Source: a virus (Duplodnaviria; Caudoviricetes). From it: 35,395 nt of DNA. The position numbers and the translations under genes were made by a program. The notes below the pieces were generated by a model that did no database searches, had not been told where the DNA came from, and saw nothing but the letters and a program-made list of their open reading frames with translations. The stretch covers positions 1 through 35,395 of IMG/VR virus record IMGVR_UViG_3300009095_000039, one strand, 5' to 3'. This document shows positions 33,909-35,395 of this stretch, one piece after another (the stretch's first letter is position 1; every line of letters begins with the position of its first letter).

Positions 33909-34640
33909 TCACCACCTCCAGTAGTAGCGGCCGTGCGCCGTCCACCTGGACGGGCCGTATTGGAAGATGTGGAACGCCATGCCCTTGTCTTTGGCGATGA
34001 ACTGGTCGCGCCGCAGCTTTTCGCGCAGTACCCCGTCGTAATGGCCGTTGTCGTCGAGCCACCGCTCGAATTGCTTGATGCACCGCTGGTTCGAGTGGTA
34101 CGGGTTCCAGCACGCGCCGGGCGGAAACCACAGCTGCTCGTGCCGGAACCGGATCACCGTGCCGCTCGACTCTTCCGTGATCGTGCCCTCGGCGATCAGG
34201 CACACGATCGACGTCGGCACCTGCCACGGCACGTAGTGCTGCCGCTCGCCGTCCGACGGGATCGGACGCTTGTTGGTGCAGTCGAGTCCGTCCCCGATCC
34301 ACTCGGAGGTGACGCGCTGCCGGTAGTAGGTGCCGTTATCCGACCACCCGTCGAGTAGCACCCAACCGCCGGACACGATGAACCGCTCGGCCCCGTCGGG
34401 AGGCCACGCCGCCGGATCGCCCCACGCAACACGCGATTCGGTGCCGCTGGCCTGCGGCGTCCAGGTCCACTGATTGCGCCATCCGTTCTGGTCGTGCGGG
34501 GTGGAGTCCTCCGCCCAGAACTGGCCGGCGGTTCGCTCTCCGAGCATCGCGTAATCCGCGTACGTCTCGGTCGTTGCCGCGTCCGCCGGGACCGCGCAGC
34601 CGAGGACCAGGCCCACCACCAACGCAAGCCGGGCGATCAT
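33909..34640 (-). CDS. Secreted Trp-rich hypothetical protein
   Basis: Signal peptide MIARLALVVGLVLGCAVPADA; many Trp and four further Cys. Confidence 0.75.
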   Translation of the reverse strand: MIARLALVVGLVLGCAVPADAATTETYADYAMLGERTAGQFWAEDSTPHDQNGWRNQWTWTPQASGTESRVAWGDPAAWPPDGAERFIVSGGWVLLDGWSDNGTYYRQRVTSEWIGDGLDCTNKRPIPSDGERQHYVPWQVPTSIVCLIAEGTITEESSGTVIRFRHEQLWFPPGACWNPYHSNQRCIKQFERWLDDNGHYDGVLREKLRRDQFIAKDKGMAFHIFQYGPSRWTAHGRYYWRW

Positions 34641-34882
34641 GACGCGCCGCCGACGCGGTGCGAAATGCGCACGCCCTCGTCCTCGCCGACCAGTCTCAGC
34701 CGGTAGGATGGGCACCGCCCCTCGTGACGTTCGCCCTGGCAGAACGGGCACGGTCTCATCCGGTCGCCGCCATCGCTGCGCCCGCAGTAACCGACCTCGC
34801 CGAACCGCTCGGTGATGTAGACGGTGACCGCCTGCCGCCCGCAGGTACACAGCTCTCCGAGCTGGGCGAGCCGCTCGCTCAT
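34637..34882 (-). CDS. Cys-rich hypothetical protein
   Basis: CTCG...YCG...CPFC...H..RC; ATGA overlaps. Confidence 0.7.
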   Translation of the reverse strand: MSERLAQLGELCTCGRQAVTVYITERFGEVGYCGRSDGGDRMRPCPFCQGERHEGRCPSYRLRLVGEDEGVRISHRVGGAS

Positions 34883-35151
34883 CGCGTGCCCTCGAGCCAG
34901 CGGAGGACCAGCAGCCCGCCGGTGCCCATGGCGACGGCGAGGCTCCATCCGGCCACCGCCGCGATAACCCGCGCCTGATCGGCAGCCACGACGGCGAGCA
35001 GTGCGGCGCTCAACTTCGGGCCGTAGCTGAGCATAAGGGCGGCCACCATCACGGCGACCACGACGGCGTTGTACGCGACCGCCAGAACGGAGAGGACCAT
35101 GCGGGGGAAAAGGCGCCTGTAGCGCGCCGCGGGGTGGGTGCAGTTACTCAC
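34879..35151 (-). CDS. Hypothetical membrane protein (start uncertain)
   Basis: Two to three hydrophobic segments; overlaps the next start. Confidence 0.55.
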   Translation of the reverse strand: MSNCTHPAARYRRLFPRMVLSVLAVAYNAVVVAVMVAALMLSYGPKLSAALLAVVAADQARVIAAVAGWSLAVAMGTGGLLVLRWLEGTR

Positions 35152-35272
35152 TGTGCCGTCCAAAGCCTTGGTGGAAGGCACACCCGACTTTTCAGTCAAA
35201 GATAGTGCGGCGCTTACGCTCGTTGCCGACCAGGAATTACCAGGTCAGGCACACCGCTTGAGCGCACCATAG

Positions 35273-35292
35273 TGCGCGACTACCTGGACTGA
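35273..35292 (+). repeat. attR core
   Basis: Identical to 104-123. Confidence 0.95.
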
Positions 35293-35306
35293 ACGAACTC
35301 CGCTAC

Positions 35307-35346
35307 GGCGCCTGACCTGCGACTCAGCAGGTCAGGCGCCTTTTTT
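35307..35346 (+). terminator. Original host sigA intrinsic terminator, displaced by integration
   Basis: GGCGCCTGACCTGC-GACTCA-GCAGGTCAGGCGCC-TTTTTT directly after attR. Confidence 0.88.
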
Positions 35347-35395
35347 CGCCCACCCGGCGGAGTGGACGCGCACGCCTCGCGAGACCGGCCCCTTC

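Larger units (their letters stand above)
104..35292. mobile_element. Integrated temperate siphovirus-like prophage
   Basis: Flanking 20-bp direct repeats, adjacent tyrosine integrase, and lysogeny, replication, packaging, head, tail and lysis modules in canonical order. Confidence 0.96.

Noticed and set aside
35262-35277. GCGCAC-CATA-GTGCGC inverted repeat overlapping the attR edge
   Set aside because: Only a 6-bp GC-rich stem; it may be part of attP but is too short to support alone
1-35395. CRISPR array, tRNA, rRNA, reverse transcriptase/DGR or transposase
   Set aside because: No regularly spaced repeats with spacers, no cloverleaf recognised, and no YxDD RT or DDE motifs in any credible ORF

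Overview
The window holds a complete ~35.2 kb temperate siphovirus-type prophage of a high-GC actinomycete. Pseudonocardiaceae is suggested by the right-arm gene content, but that is inference only. The prophage is integrated at the last codons of the principal sigma factor gene (sigA/hrdB type) and is bounded by a perfect 20-bp direct repeat (104-123 and 35273-35292). Gene order: tyrosine integrase; membrane gene and repressor/cro switch; RecE/RecT, replication initiator, helicase-loader-like, SSB and resolvase genes with many small Cys-rich ORFs; HNH, terminases and portal; a fused prohead protease-major capsid ORF; head-tail and tail genes; lysis genes; and an accessory right arm. Three genes are broken as sequenced: the integrase and replication initiator (one base short each) and a zinc-finger gene (20-bp tandem duplication). 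The most unusual signals are: (1) a translationally coupled array of tiny zinc-finger genes that all end in Pro-Pro-Ala/Val with a shared 12-nt 3' motif, lying divergent from an XRE(DUF5753)-DUF397 pair; (2) a phage-supplied look-alike of the host sigA terminator; (3) a small Cys-rich protein ending in an SSB-type acidic tail; (4) ten TGTCCG/CGGACA hexamers packed into ~100 bp; (5) an Lsr2-type DNA-binding domain in the head module, behind a two-state RNA hairpin. All family calls come from reading motifs by eye; no database searches were run.
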